A DNA stretch of 53,428 nt from an uncultured Desulfobacteraceae bacterium (GTDB lineage Bacteria; Desulfobacterota; Desulfobacteria; Desulfobacterales; JAABSP01). This document shows positions 39,177-48,795 of the stretch, in pieces. Position 1 is the first letter of the stretch. Each line of letters starts with the position of its first letter. Below the pieces are notes generated by a model. That model had not been told where the DNA came from, did not search any database, and saw only the letters and a program-made list of their open reading frames with translations. The translations under genes and the position numbers were made by a program. Location: assembly GCA_964431545.1 (NCBI GenBank), contig CAYSLC010000009.1, forward strand, positions 1 through 53,428. The letters run 5' to 3'.

Positions 39177-40109
39177 ATGGAGGGAGCGATGAGATTACTG
39201 ACCCGATCTGACTTCGACGGCTTGGCCTGCGCGGTGCTGCTGGTGGAAAAGGGGCTCGTCGACGATTATAAGTTCGTCCATCCCAAGGATGTCCAGGACG
39301 GCAAGATCGACATCACCCAAAACGATGTACTGGCCAACGTCCCCTTCGCGGACGGGTGCGGCATGTGGTTCGACCACCACGCCAGCGAAGATGAACGACT
39401 GGATCTGGACAAACTCACCTTCGATGGGGACAGCCGGCCGGCTCCCAGCGCCGCCCAGGTCATTTGGGACTACTACGGCGGAGAGAAGACCTTCGGCGCC
39501 CATCTGCTGCCCATGCTGGAGGCGGTCAACCGGAGCGATTCGGGCAACCTGACCCGGGATGAGATCCTCCATCCCAAGGGGTGGATCCTCCTCTCCTTCG
39601 TCATGGACCCGCGGACCGGGCTGGGGCGCTTCAGGGACTACCGGATCAGCAACTACCAGTTGATGCTCGACATGATCCAGTACTGCCGGACCAAGTCGGT
39701 GGAGGAGATCCTCCGGGTTTCCGACGTCCGGGAGCGGGTGGACCGGTATCTCGACCAGCAGGACCTCTTCGAGGAGATGCTGCGACGGTGTTGCGAGGTC
39801 CACAACAACGTCATCGTCACCAACCTCCTGAACGAGGAGACCATCTACGCGGGGAACCGGTTTCTGGTCTACGCCCTCTTCCCCGACCAGAACATCGAGG
39901 TCCGGGTCATGTGGGGCAAGGACAAGCAGAACGTGGTCTTCACCTGCGGCCACAGCATCCTCAACCGGACCAGCAACACCGATGTGGGAAGCCTGATGCT
40001 CCATTACGGCGGCGGCGGACATCGGAAGGTGGGGACCTGTCAGGTGCCGGTGGCCGACTGGGAGAGGATCCTCGGAGAGATCGTGGGCCGGATGGAGAAG
40101 GACGGGTGA
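39177..40109 (+). CDS. DHH-superfamily phosphoesterase-like protein
   Basis: 310 aa; N-terminal LTRSDFDGLACAVLL and a WFDHH (DHH) motif, as in NrnA/exopolyphosphatase-related DHH proteins. SD AGAGGAAGAG upstream. Confidence 0.6.
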   Translation: MEGAMRLLTRSDFDGLACAVLLVEKGLVDDYKFVHPKDVQDGKIDITQNDVLANVPFADGCGMWFDHHASEDERLDLDKLTFDGDSRPAPSAAQVIWDYYGGEKTFGAHLLPMLEAVNRSDSGNLTRDEILHPKGWILLSFVMDPRTGLGRFRDYRISNYQLMLDMIQYCRTKSVEEILRVSDVRERVDRYLDQQDLFEEMLRRCCEVHNNVIVTNLLNEETIYAGNRFLVYALFPDQNIEVRVMWGKDKQNVVFTCGHSILNRTSNTDVGSLMLHYGGGGHRKVGTCQVPVADWERILGEIVGRMEKDG

Positions 40110-40133
40110 GCCGGTTCTTCTCCTCCGCCGGCC

Positions 40134-41273
40134 TCACAGCGTCTGGATGAAGGGCAGGTGAAGGGTGAAGGTCGAACCCTTTCCCACCTCGGAGGTCACC
40201 CGGATCTCCCCGCCGTAGGATTCGATCATCTCTTTGCAGTAGGCCAGCCCGAGCCCCGTCCCCGTGGGGCGTCCGTCTCCGGCCGTCAGGGGCTTGGTGG
40301 TGTAAAACGGGTTGAAGATCCGGTCGATCTTCTCGCGGGCGATCCCATGGCCCGTGTCGGAGATCCGGATGGAGATGCGAAGATCCTCCTTCAGCGTCGA
40401 CACGGCCAGCTGTTTCTCCTCGCTCCCATGCATGGATTCCACGGCGTTTTTCAAGATATTGGACAAGGTCTGGCTGAAATGGGCATGGATCCCCTTGACC
40501 GGCGGAAGGGGCCCCAGGTCGAGATCGATTCGGACCTGTTGGTTGAAGAAGGGGGTTGCCCGCAATAGATCCAGCTGGGCCCGGATCACCTCGTTCAGGT
40601 CGATGGCCGTCTCTTCAGTGAGGGTCTCCCTGGAGCCGGCGGTCAACACCGATCCGATGATCTTCTTCATCTGGGCCGCGGCCAAGCGCAGGTTCAGGAC
40701 GTGGCGATTGTCGGGATGCTTGCCGACCATCAGTTCGGCGATGCCCATGATCGCCTGCAGCGGATTGTTCAGGTTGTGGACGATCCCGGCCGCATGGCGT
40801 CCGATGGCCGCCATCTTCTCGGAGTCGATGAGCTGCTGGGTCCGGAGCCGAACCTGCTCGTTGAGCTGTTCGTTGAGGGTCTGAAGCTGATCCTCGGCAC
40901 GCTTGAGCCGCAGAAACACACGGACCTTGGACCGGAGTTCCTCTTCGTTGAAGGGCTTGCCGATATAGTCGTCCGCCCCGGCCTCATACCCCAGAAGCCG
41001 CTCCTTCAGATCGGCCTGGCTGGAGACCATGAGGATCTTGATGAACTCCGGGCCCGGCCCGTCCTTCAGGTGCTTGCAGACCGCGTAGCCGTCCATCCCG
41101 TCCATCATGACATCCAACAGGATCAGATCCGGGCCGAACTCGTCGACCTTTCCGATGGCCTCCTCCCCGCTGGAGGCGGTCTCCACGATATAGTCGGCCT
41201 CCAGGATCTCCTGGATGGCGGTGCGGACCGATTTGGAATCATCCACGACCAGGATTCTATCCGTCTGTGCCAT
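40134..41273 (-). CDS. hybrid response-regulator/histidine kinase (REC-HisKA-HATPase, cytoplasmic)
   Basis: N-terminal REC (ILVVDDSKSV...DLILLDVMMDGMDG), H-box (IVHNLNNPLQAIMGIAEL), HATPase (DTGHGI, GTGLGLAYCKEM). Confidence 0.85.
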   Translation of the reverse strand: MAQTDRILVVDDSKSVRTAIQEILEADYIVETASSGEEAIGKVDEFGPDLILLDVMMDGMDGYAVCKHLKDGPGPEFIKILMVSSQADLKERLLGYEAGADDYIGKPFNEEELRSKVRVFLRLKRAEDQLQTLNEQLNEQVRLRTQQLIDSEKMAAIGRHAAGIVHNLNNPLQAIMGIAELMVGKHPDNRHVLNLRLAAAQMKKIIGSVLTAGSRETLTEETAIDLNEVIRAQLDLLRATPFFNQQVRIDLDLGPLPPVKGIHAHFSQTLSNILKNAVESMHGSEEKQLAVSTLKEDLRISIRISDTGHGIAREKIDRIFNPFYTTKPLTAGDGRPTGTGLGLAYCKEMIESYGGEIRVTSEVGKGSTFTLHLPFIQTL

Positions 41274-41313
41274 ATTCCCCTCGATCGACCGAAACTGAAT
41301 GGATGTGACCGGC

Positions 41314-41895
41314 TCACTCCAGGTCGGTCACCGGGATGTTGATGATGGGCAGGCCGATTTCATCCTTCCGGATGACCGATTTGATCATGCCGCCCTTGGC
41401 CAGCAGCCGGCGATCCCCGTCGAGAATATAGTAGTACCCTTCGGAGATGCCGTGGTACATGTCCAGGGTCAGCAGGTCGATGCTGACGGCGCTGTACCCC
41501 GGAATGAGCAGCTCCGGCGTCTTGAAGCCGGCCTTGTCCGCGTCGGTCCCCATGGAGGTGAAAAAGAGGTGGACCGTCCGGTCGGCAGCGGAGGGATCGT
41601 CGGCGATGGTGCACCCGAACCGTTCGATCAGCTCCATCTCCAGGCGCTCCCGGGCATAGTCGAGCATGGCGCCCTTCTCGATGAAATGGCAGATCACCGA
41701 AACGTTCCGGTCCGCCAGGAGGGAGAAATCCACCTCGGGCAGCTTCTTCATCAGATCGTCGATGCTGTGGGTGGTGAGCCGCTGACCCGTGGCTCCGGCG
41801 AACTCATCCACCACCTGCCGGGTTGCGCAGCTGAAGTTCGTCGCAAATACCATCAGGGCCGCCAGGCCGATCATCAGGTTGGTTCTCTTTGCCAT
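41314..41895 (-). CDS. hypothetical secreted/periplasmic protein (193 aa)
   Basis: N-terminal signal peptide (MIGLAALMVFATNFSCATRQ). No recognised domain. Confidence 0.5.
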   Translation of the reverse strand: MAKRTNLMIGLAALMVFATNFSCATRQVVDEFAGATGQRLTTHSIDDLMKKLPEVDFSLLADRNVSVICHFIEKGAMLDYARERLEMELIERFGCTIADDPSAADRTVHLFFTSMGTDADKAGFKTPELLIPGYSAVSIDLLTLDMYHGISEGYYYILDGDRRLLAKGGMIKSVIRKDEIGLPIINIPVTDLE

Positions 41896-41941
41896 GGATA
41901 TCCTCCTTCCCAGGGAATCGTTCTGTTTGGAAATGTCACCG

Positions 41942-42691
41942 TCATGTCAGGCCGATGGCCGCGGCGAACCGGCCCGTGGTCCCCTCCCCCCGGTAGGAGA
42001 AGAAGAGGTGCCGGTTGCAGCGGGTGCAGATATTGCTGCAATGGATGTTCCGGTCCCGAAGCCCGGCGTTGCGGAGCTGATCGCGACTGAGGGCCCAAAA
42101 ATCGAAATGGACCGGCGCAACCCGGTATCCCCAGTACGCCCCGGGGATCTCCCGCCGGTAGTTGACGAACTCCGCGCAGCACGGGCCGAGAGACGGCCCC
42201 ACGGCGGCGAGCATCGACGGCGGATCCGCGCCGAACTCGGCGACCATCCGGGAGACGGTCCGGCCGATGATGTCGGCGATGCTCCCCCGCCAGCCCGAAT
42301 GGATGTTGGCGACCGCCCGGCGCCCCGGATCACAGAGGAGGATCGCCTGGCAGTCGGCCACCTGGATGACCAGGTGGATTCCCGGCACTTCGGTGATCAG
42401 GGCGTCCGCCGCGTCCTCCTGGACGCCCCCCGCCTCCACCACCAGGGCGTCGGCGCCGTGGACCTGCCGGACAAAAGCGAGTTCGCCGCCGTCCAGGACC
42501 CGCACCACCGAGTCCCGGTTTCGATCCACGGTCTCCCGCCGGTCCCCGGTGCTGTAGGCGGTGTTGAGGCTGTCAAAGGGCGCTTCGCCCGCCCCGCCCT
42601 GTCGGGTGAAGACGGCGTGCCGGACGCCGGAGACCCCGGCCAGGGCGGGAAACTGAAAATAGACGACCCCGCCGGTCCGCCGCAGCATCAT
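41942..42691 (-). CDS. pgeF: peptidoglycan editing factor PgeF / YfiH (polyphenol-oxidase-like laccase-domain protein)
   Basis: 249 aa; conserved YfiH blocks (VRQVHGADALVV, IQVADCQAILLCDP, HSGWRGSIADII, GPCCAEF). Confidence 0.85.
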   Translation of the reverse strand: MMLRRTGGVVYFQFPALAGVSGVRHAVFTRQGGAGEAPFDSLNTAYSTGDRRETVDRNRDSVVRVLDGGELAFVRQVHGADALVVEAGGVQEDAADALITEVPGIHLVIQVADCQAILLCDPGRRAVANIHSGWRGSIADIIGRTVSRMVAEFGADPPSMLAAVGPSLGPCCAEFVNYRREIPGAYWGYRVAPVHFDFWALSRDQLRNAGLRDRNIHCSNICTRCNRHLFFSYRGEGTTGRFAAAIGLT

Positions 42692-43218
42692 CCCCCGGCC
42701 TCCGGCCGGGTTTTATAAATCCCGATGATCCGCTCGATGAGCCGGGTGGTGGAGATCGACGGCACCACCGCCACCCGTGCCACCCGGCCGCCGATCGATT
42801 TGACGAACCCGGCGCCCACGATGCGGTCCTCGGGCCAGTCGGCCCCCTTGACCAGGATCTCGGGCCGGACCGCTTCGATGAGCGCCAGGGGATCCGGCTC
42901 CCCGAAAATGGTGATGGAATCGACGCAGGTCAGGGCCGAGAGCACCTCGGCCCGCTCCCCCTCGGGGACGACGGGCCGGCGGTCCCCCTTGATGCGCCGG
43001 ACCGACGCATCGGAATTGAGGCCTACGACCAGAAGGTCCCCCATCGCCCGGGCGGCCGTCAAATACCGCACATGGCCCACATGGAGGAGATCGAAACAGC
43101 CGTTGGTGAAGACCACCCGCCGGCCGGCGCTCCGGGCCTCCCGGCACCGATCCGCCAGGGCCTGCCGGGGCAGGATCTTTTCCCGGGAAGCCGCTTCGGA
43201 GGAAGCCGTCTCCGCCAT
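42688..43218 (-). CDS. D-glycero-beta-D-manno-heptose 1-phosphate adenylyltransferase (RfaE domain II-like cytidylyltransferase)
   Basis: 176 aa; VVFTNGCFDLLHVGHVRYL nucleotidyltransferase motif and RfaE-II-like tail. Its stop overlaps the pgeF start (ATGA). Confidence 0.8.
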   Translation of the reverse strand: MAETASSEAASREKILPRQALADRCREARSAGRRVVFTNGCFDLLHVGHVRYLTAARAMGDLLVVGLNSDASVRRIKGDRRPVVPEGERAEVLSALTCVDSITIFGEPDPLALIEAVRPEILVKGADWPEDRIVGAGFVKSIGGRVARVAVVPSISTTRLIERIIGIYKTRPEAGG

Positions 43219-43268
43219 GGGTCAGGCCCGGGAAAACCGTAAAGGAAAGGGCCCGGAGCGCGCCCCCA

Positions 43269-44489
43269 TCACAGATGGTCCACCACGGCGTCGGCGAAGA
43301 CCGAGCACGGGACCTCCTTTGCGCCCTCGATCTGTCGGGCCAGATCATAGGTGACCCTGCCGGCCTTGATCGCCCCGGCCACTCCCCATCGGACCCTTTC
43401 GGCGGCCTCCCCCCATCCCATGTGATCGAGCATCATGGCCCCGGAGAGGATCAGGGAACTGGGGTTGACCTTGTCCATGCCCGCGTACTTGGGAGCGGTC
43501 CCGTGGGTCGCCTCGAAGACGGCGCACTGATCCCCGATGTTGGCCCCGGGCGCCATGCCGAGCCCCCCCACCTGGGCGGCCAGGGCATCGGAGATATAGT
43601 CGCCGTTGAGGTTGGGGGTGGCGATGACGTGGTACTCGTCGGGTCGCAGCAGGACCTGCTGGAAGAGCATGTCGGCGATCCGGTCCTTGATCACCACCTT
43701 CCCCTGGGGTCGTTCTCCGTCGTGCTCCTCCCAGAGGGTCTGCTCGGTGAGGGTCCGGTCCCCGAACCGCTCCCGCGCCACCTCATACCCCCAGGTGCTG
43801 AAGGCCCCCTCGGTGAACTTCATGATGTTCCCCTTGTGCATCAGGGTCACGCTGGGCAGGTCCATGTCGATGGCGTACTCGATGGCCCGGGCCACCAGCC
43901 GCTTGCTGTTCCGGGCGCTGATGGGTTTGATGCCGATGCCGGCGCCGGCCGGGACGGCGGCCCCCATCTCCTTTTCGAGAAAGGCGGTCAACCGGTCGGC
44001 CTCCTCGGACCCGGCCCGCCACTCGATGCCCGCGTAGACGTCCTCGGTGTTCTCCCGGAAGACCACCATGTCGATCTTCTGGGGGGACTTCATGGGACTG
44101 GGCACCGGGTCGATGTACTTCACCGGCCGCACGCACGCATAGAGATCGAGCTTCTGCCGGATGGCGACGTTGAGGCTCCGGATCCCCTTGCCCACGGGAG
44201 TGGTCAGCGGTCCTTTGATGGCCACCACATGATCCCGGATGGCGTCGAGGGTCCCTTCCGGAAGCCACTCTCCGGTCTCCTGGAACCCCGATTCGCCCGC
44301 CGGCACGGCCAGCCACGATATCCTCCGCTCGCCGGAGTAGGCCCGCTGCACGGCGCCTTCGACGACCTTCCGGGCGGCCCGCCAGATGTCGGGGCCGATG
44401 CCGTCCCCCTCGATGTAGGGGATGATGGGCACATGGGGCGTCTTGAGCCCGCCGTCCGGGCCTCGGGTGATCTTGGCTTCGTTTTCCAT
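43269..44489 (-). CDS. icd: NADP-dependent isocitrate dehydrogenase
   Basis: 406 aa; homodimeric IDH blocks ([40 protein letters not shown]). Confidence 0.95.
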   Translation of the reverse strand: MENEAKITRGPDGGLKTPHVPIIPYIEGDGIGPDIWRAARKVVEGAVQRAYSGERRISWLAVPAGESGFQETGEWLPEGTLDAIRDHVVAIKGPLTTPVGKGIRSLNVAIRQKLDLYACVRPVKYIDPVPSPMKSPQKIDMVVFRENTEDVYAGIEWRAGSEEADRLTAFLEKEMGAAVPAGAGIGIKPISARNSKRLVARAIEYAIDMDLPSVTLMHKGNIMKFTEGAFSTWGYEVARERFGDRTLTEQTLWEEHDGERPQGKVVIKDRIADMLFQQVLLRPDEYHVIATPNLNGDYISDALAAQVGGLGMAPGANIGDQCAVFEATHGTAPKYAGMDKVNPSSLILSGAMMLDHMGWGEAAERVRWGVAGAIKAGRVTYDLARQIEGAKEVPCSVFADAVVDHL

Positions 44490-44508
44490 GGGTACCGTCC
44501 TTTGGTTT

Positions 44509-45273
44509 TCACATTATTTGCCGATCTTTTTCGGCGTCGGGCCGGAGCCCCGCCCGCTGGCGGAAGGCCTCGTAGAGGGCCACCGCCCCGGCCGCCGATG
44601 CGTTGAGGGAATCGAGGGGCCCCCGCTGGGGGATGGAGATCCGGAAGTCACATGTTTTCAGCACCAAGGGCCGGATCCCCCGCTCCTCCCCCCCGATGAC
44701 CAATCCCAGGGGACCGGTGAGTTCGGTCCGGAACAGGTTTTCCCCGTTCTCCCGGTCGAGCCCGGCGATCCAAAGCCCCATCTCCTTGAGCCGATCCACC
44801 GCCCTGGCCAGATTGGTCACCCGGACCATGGGGATATGCTCCATGGCGCCGGCCGAGGCCCGGGAGACGGCGGGGATCGGCTGGGCGCAGCGGTCCCGGG
44901 GAAAAATCACGGCCGTCACGCCGGCGCACAGGGCCGTCCGGAGCAAGGCCCCGAGGTTCTGGACATCCATGACGGAATCGAGGAGCATCAGCAGTGGCGG
45001 CTCCGCCCCGGTCGAGATCTCCTCCAGGGAGGCCGGCGGGTAGGGCCCCACCTCCGCGGCCACTCCCTGATGGCGGGCATCCCCCGAGAGGGCGGAGAGC
45101 CGGTCGGCCGGGGACCGCTCCACGGGAATCTTCCGGGATCGGGCCAGCGCGGCCACCGCCTCGGGTCGGCGGGACCGATCGCCATCGACGAGGTGGATCC
45201 TGTGAAACCGCCGTCTCCCCGCGCGGATCGCCTCCGTCACGGGGTGGATCCCGGAGAGGACCTCCCCCTTCAT
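44509..45273 (-). CDS. rlmB: 23S rRNA (guanosine-2'-O)-methyltransferase RlmB (SpoU/TrmH family)
   Basis: Start [12 protein letters not shown] at ~45273 (254 aa) inside the over-extended track ORF 44509..45801. SpoU substrate-binding N-terminus and SPOUT motifs ([24 protein letters not shown]). ATGA overlap with the gmk stop. Confidence 0.85.
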   Translation of the reverse strand: MKGEVLSGIHPVTEAIRAGRRRFHRIHLVDGDRSRRPEAVAALARSRKIPVERSPADRLSALSGDARHQGVAAEVGPYPPASLEEISTGAEPPLLMLLDSVMDVQNLGALLRTALCAGVTAVIFPRDRCAQPIPAVSRASAGAMEHIPMVRVTNLARAVDRLKEMGLWIAGLDRENGENLFRTELTGPLGLVIGGEERGIRPLVLKTCDFRISIPQRGPLDSLNASAAGAVALYEAFRQRAGLRPDAEKDRQIM

Positions 45274-45875
45274 GATTCCGGGTTCCCGAAGGGTTCCTCG
45301 CCCCGCCGATAGGCGCCGATGAGGCCGGTGAGGGCCGATACCGCCTCGGAAAGCCGGTCGTTGACGATGATATGCCGGTACCGGTGGCGACGGGCCATCT
45401 CCCCCTCGGCCACCGCCAACCGCCGGGCGATGGTCTCCGGATCCTCGGTCCCCCGGCCCCGGAGGCGCTCCCGGAGGACCTCCATGGAGGGGGGCATGAT
45501 AAAGATGGTGACGCTGTCCGGATACCGCTTCACGATCTGCATCGCCCCCTGGACGTCGATATCGAGGAGAAGGTCGTGCCCCTTTCCCAGGTGGCGGTCG
45601 AGGTATTCCGCCGAGGTTCCGTAATAATTGCCGTGGACCTTGGCCCACTCGGCCCACCGGCCCTGCTCGATCCCCCTGCGAAACGCCTCCTCGGAGATGA
45701 AGAAGTAGTCGATCCCGGCCCGCTCTCCGGGGCGGGGGGGGCGGGTGGTGGTGGAGACCGAATAATGGAGGTCGGGATAGCTCTTTCGGGCGGCCCGGCA
45801 CAGGGTGGACTTTCCGGCGCCCGAGGGGGCCGAGAGGATGAAGAGGATCCCGGATCTCTTGGTCGGGCTACTCAC
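45270..45875 (-). CDS. gmk: guanylate kinase
   Basis: 201 aa; P-loop SAPSGAGKSTL and GMP-binding STTTRPPR.GE..G.DY.F. Confidence 0.9.
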   Translation of the reverse strand: MSSPTKRSGILFILSAPSGAGKSTLCRAARKSYPDLHYSVSTTTRPPRPGERAGIDYFFISEEAFRRGIEQGRWAEWAKVHGNYYGTSAEYLDRHLGKGHDLLLDIDVQGAMQIVKRYPDSVTIFIMPPSMEVLRERLRGRGTEDPETIARRLAVAEGEMARRHRYRHIIVNDRLSEAVSALTGLIGAYRRGEEPFGNPES

Positions 45876-46170
45876 TGTCGGCGGAGGGGATCTTGGCGGA
45901 TTCTTTCAAGGCGGCCAGCCGCTGGGAGACCGTCTCCGCCTGGATGGCGGAGAGCACGATGTGGTTGCTGTCCATGATGATGATGGACCGGGTCTTCCGG
46001 CCGTAGGTGGCGTCCACCAGCCGTCTCTCCTCCTTGGCTTCGTCTTTGAGGCGTTTCATGGGGGCCGAATTGGGCGGCATGATGGCGATGATCCGCTCGG
46101 CCACCACCGTGCTGCCGAACCCCACGTTCAACAAGGCCTTTTCCATGCTCCGCTTTTCCGTCGATCGCAC
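45868..46170 (-). CDS. DUF370 domain-containing protein
   Basis: LLNVGFGSTVVAERIIAIMPPNSAPMKRL matches the DUF370 family commonly found between yicC and gmk. Start may be at the internal MEKALLN (~46146). Confidence 0.65.
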   Translation of the reverse strand: MRSTEKRSMEKALLNVGFGSTVVAERIIAIMPPNSAPMKRLKDEAKEERRLVDATYGRKTRSIIIMDSNHIVLSAIQAETVSQRLAALKESAKIPSADSE

Positions 46171-46183
46171 GGCCGTCCTCTCC

Positions 46184-47065
46184 CTACTCGATGTTCTGGA
46201 CCTGCTCCCGCATCTTTTCGAGTTCCGACTTGATGTCGACCACCCGGTGGGAGACGTCCGTATGGTTGGTTTTGGCCCCCATGGTGTTGAACTCCCGGTT
46301 GAACTCCTGGAGGAGAAAATTGAGTTTCCTTCCCGCCGCCTCTCCGCCCGCCATGAGGGCCCTGAACTGATTGAGGTGGCTGCGGGCCCGGACGATCTCC
46401 TCGGAGATGTCGCTTCGGTCGGCCAGGAAAGCCGCCTCCTGGGCGATCCGCCCTTCGTCGATCTCCACCATCCCCTGGGTCAGGGCGGTGACCCGCTCCT
46501 TGAGCCGGTCCCGATAGTGATCGAGCAGCCCCCCGGACGAGGCCTCGATGTCGTCGAGCCACGACGCGATGAGGGCGAGCCGCTCTCCGAAATCCGTCTC
46601 GATATGGGCCCCCTCCCGCTCCCGCATGGCCAACAGGCCCGTCAGGGCATCGGCCACGGCATCCCGGATCAGGGGCCAGGCCGCCTCCAGATCGTTCTCC
46701 GTCTCCGCCGGCTTGATGACCCCGCTGGCCCCGGCCACCATGGCCAGGGAGACGGGTTCGTCGATGTCGAGCATCCCCTTGAGGTCGAGCAGTGCCCGGT
46801 GGTAGGCGCCGGCCTTGATCTCGTCCACCTCGAAGGCGCACGCCTCCGCCGACTGGTTCCGGACCTGGAGTTTGAGTTCCACCCGGCCCCGGGTCACGCG
46901 CTCCGACACCAGGGACTTGATCCGCTCCTCCAGGGCCATATACCCCTGGGGGATCCGGAGCATCAGGTCGAGATGGCGGTTGTTGTAGGACCGGATCTCC
47001 ACGGCCACGGTCAAGCCGTTTTCGATCCGCTCGGCATTGGCGAAGGCGGTCATGCTGTGGATCAT
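46184..47065 (-). CDS. yicC: YicC/YloC family stress-induced protein (endoribonuclease YicC)
   Basis: 293 aa; N-terminal MIHSMTAFA and a YicC N-terminal domain plus DUF1732 C-terminal region. Confidence 0.85.
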   Translation of the reverse strand: MIHSMTAFANAERIENGLTVAVEIRSYNNRHLDLMLRIPQGYMALEERIKSLVSERVTRGRVELKLQVRNQSAEACAFEVDEIKAGAYHRALLDLKGMLDIDEPVSLAMVAGASGVIKPAETENDLEAAWPLIRDAVADALTGLLAMREREGAHIETDFGERLALIASWLDDIEASSGGLLDHYRDRLKERVTALTQGMVEIDEGRIAQEAAFLADRSDISEEIVRARSHLNQFRALMAGGEAAGRKLNFLLQEFNREFNTMGAKTNHTDVSHRVVDIKSELEKMREQVQNIE

Positions 47066-47601
47066 GGCGTTGGGTCCGTCCGTTTGAGGTCGATCAAATA
47101 CCGGTTCCGCACCGTCTCAAGGAGCGTCCGCATCCGCTCGGCGCCGTAATCGGGATAGGTCCACGGCAGGGTCCGGAAGCCGCCCCGCTCATAGATCAAA
47201 GTCAGATCTGCATAGATGCCGTCACCCACATAGATCCGGTGGGTGAAGTTCTTGCCCGTAGCCAGGACCAGGCGTTCCCGGGTCAGATAGCCGGGATCGA
47301 TGTTGACGGTCCGCCGGCCGCCCTCCATCAACCGCGACTCCACCTCGTTGGTGAACCGCTTGATCCGGGGCAGATCCCCCGGATCGACCAGCTGTTGGAA
47401 GCTTACGACCCGGCGAAAAAGCGGCCCCCCCATCTCCCCGGCATAGTAGTCGGTGTAGTCGAAGGCAAGCCACGGGGAGACCATGTCCGCCGGTCCGAAC
47501 CGCTGGGCCAGCTGTCGCGCCGCCTCGGAGATCCGATTTTTCCGGGCCGTGAAGATGCCCACCACCAGCTTGGCGGGATCCGGTGCCGCCGGGGTGCTCA
47601 C
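47062..47601 (-). CDS. DUF4416-like conserved hypothetical protein (179 aa)
   Basis: The ORF's stop overlaps the yicC start. Family assignment is from memory (KLVVGIF...IDPGYLT); homology not verified. Confidence 0.45.
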   Translation of the reverse strand: MSTPAAPDPAKLVVGIFTARKNRISEAARQLAQRFGPADMVSPWLAFDYTDYYAGEMGGPLFRRVVSFQQLVDPGDLPRIKRFTNEVESRLMEGGRRTVNIDPGYLTRERLVLATGKNFTHRIYVGDGIYADLTLIYERGGFRTLPWTYPDYGAERMRTLLETVRNRYLIDLKRTDPTP

Positions 47602-47733
47602 CGCCGTCTATCCCGGCCGGAATCGACCCGCCGAACCCTCATGCGCCGGGGCCGTCATCCGCTGGGAATCATGAGGGTGGCATCGAACGGCGGACGCATC
47701 GGGTGGATTCAGTCGGACACCGCGGCGGCACGC

Positions 47734-47913
47734 TTACGCGGATGCATCCAGCGGCTTCGCCTCGTCGATGAGCATGATGGGGATATCGTCCCGGATCTCA
47801 TAGACAAGGCGGCACTGTTCGCAGATGAGCCCGTCCTCCGACGGGGTAAGGTGGATATCCCCCTTGCACTTGGGGCACGCGAGTATCTCCAGTAACTCCT
47901 TGCTGATGGCCAT
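47734..47913 (-). CDS. Trm112 family protein (UPF0434/YcaR-like), 59 aa
   Basis: MAISKELLEILACPKCKGDIHLTPSEDGLICEQCRLVYEIRDDIPIMLIDEAKPLDASA carries the CPxC...C.xC zinc-ribbon signature of Trm112/YcaR. SD GAGGA 7 nt upstream. Not in the ORF track (<60 aa). Confidence 0.65.
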   Translation of the reverse strand: MAISKELLEILACPKCKGDIHLTPSEDGLICEQCRLVYEIRDDIPIMLIDEAKPLDASA

Positions 47914-48159
47914 TTCGTATCCTCAAGTTCCGATTCCTGGTCCCGCCCGACGGACGGCAACCGCATATTCCGGTTTTTATAACAGACAACCGGGAAGGTT
48001 GCCAAACAAAAAATCCGAGGATTTCCTGAAACTAAGGGTTTATTTTTTTCCCAAAATGGCGTACAGGAAATTTGCCTTGCATACCCCAGACCGGACCTTC
48101 GGGTTTCACACCCGATCCGTGCTCGAACCCCAAATGTCCATCCATGCCAAGGAGGTGCC

Positions 48160-48762
48160 GTGGTCGACTTTCTGGAAGCCTGCATCTCACCCATCACCCT
48201 CCCCTTCACTGCGCTGCTGGTGCTGGTGGTCCTCTACTGGTTGACCTTTATCCTGGGGGCCGTCGACATCGAGATGTTCGACGCCCTCGCCCCCGATGTG
48301 GACGGGGCCGAGGGGGGCTGCCTCCTCTCCCCGGTTCTCCAGCTGCTCAATATCGGCGATGTGCCGGTGATGGTCGTCCTCAGCGTCCTGGTGGTGAGCG
48401 GATGGTGGTTCTCCCTCATGGCCAACCACTACCTCAACCCGGACCAGGGGCTCGTTCTCGGGGTTCTGCTGCTTCTGCCGAACCTGGTCTTCTCCGTGGT
48501 GGTGACCAACTTGGTCACCCGTCCCCTGCGGCGGGTGTTCGCCCCGGAACGGCACGAGAAGGTCATGTTCCGGGTGGGCGAAGTGATCACCAGCCGGGTG
48601 ACCCCGGAGTTCGGCCAAATCCGGATCGACACCGACGGGGCCCCCATCGTCCTCAACGCGCGGACCCAGGGGGAGGTCCGCCTGGAGAAGGGGGACCGCG
48701 CGCTGATCTACGAGGAGGACCGGGACAAGGGGATCTACTTCGTGGAAAAGTACCAGGAATAA
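48160..48762 (+). CDS. NfeD/YqiJ-like membrane protein with C-terminal OB-fold (DUF1449-like)
   Basis: 200 aa; four predicted TM helices followed by a soluble beta-rich tail (MFRVGEVITSRV...IRIDTDGAPIVLNARTQGEVRLEKGDRALIYEE), typical of NfeD short homologues that partner SPFH proteins. Sits immediately upstream of flotillin. Confidence 0.6.
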   Translation: MVDFLEACISPITLPFTALLVLVVLYWLTFILGAVDIEMFDALAPDVDGAEGGCLLSPVLQLLNIGDVPVMVVLSVLVVSGWWFSLMANHYLNPDQGLVLGVLLLLPNLVFSVVVTNLVTRPLRRVFAPERHEKVMFRVGEVITSRVTPEFGQIRIDTDGAPIVLNARTQGEVRLEKGDRALIYEEDRDKGIYFVEKYQE

Positions 48763-48795
48763 TCTTCGGATAACGCCAATGTTAAGGAGGGGACC

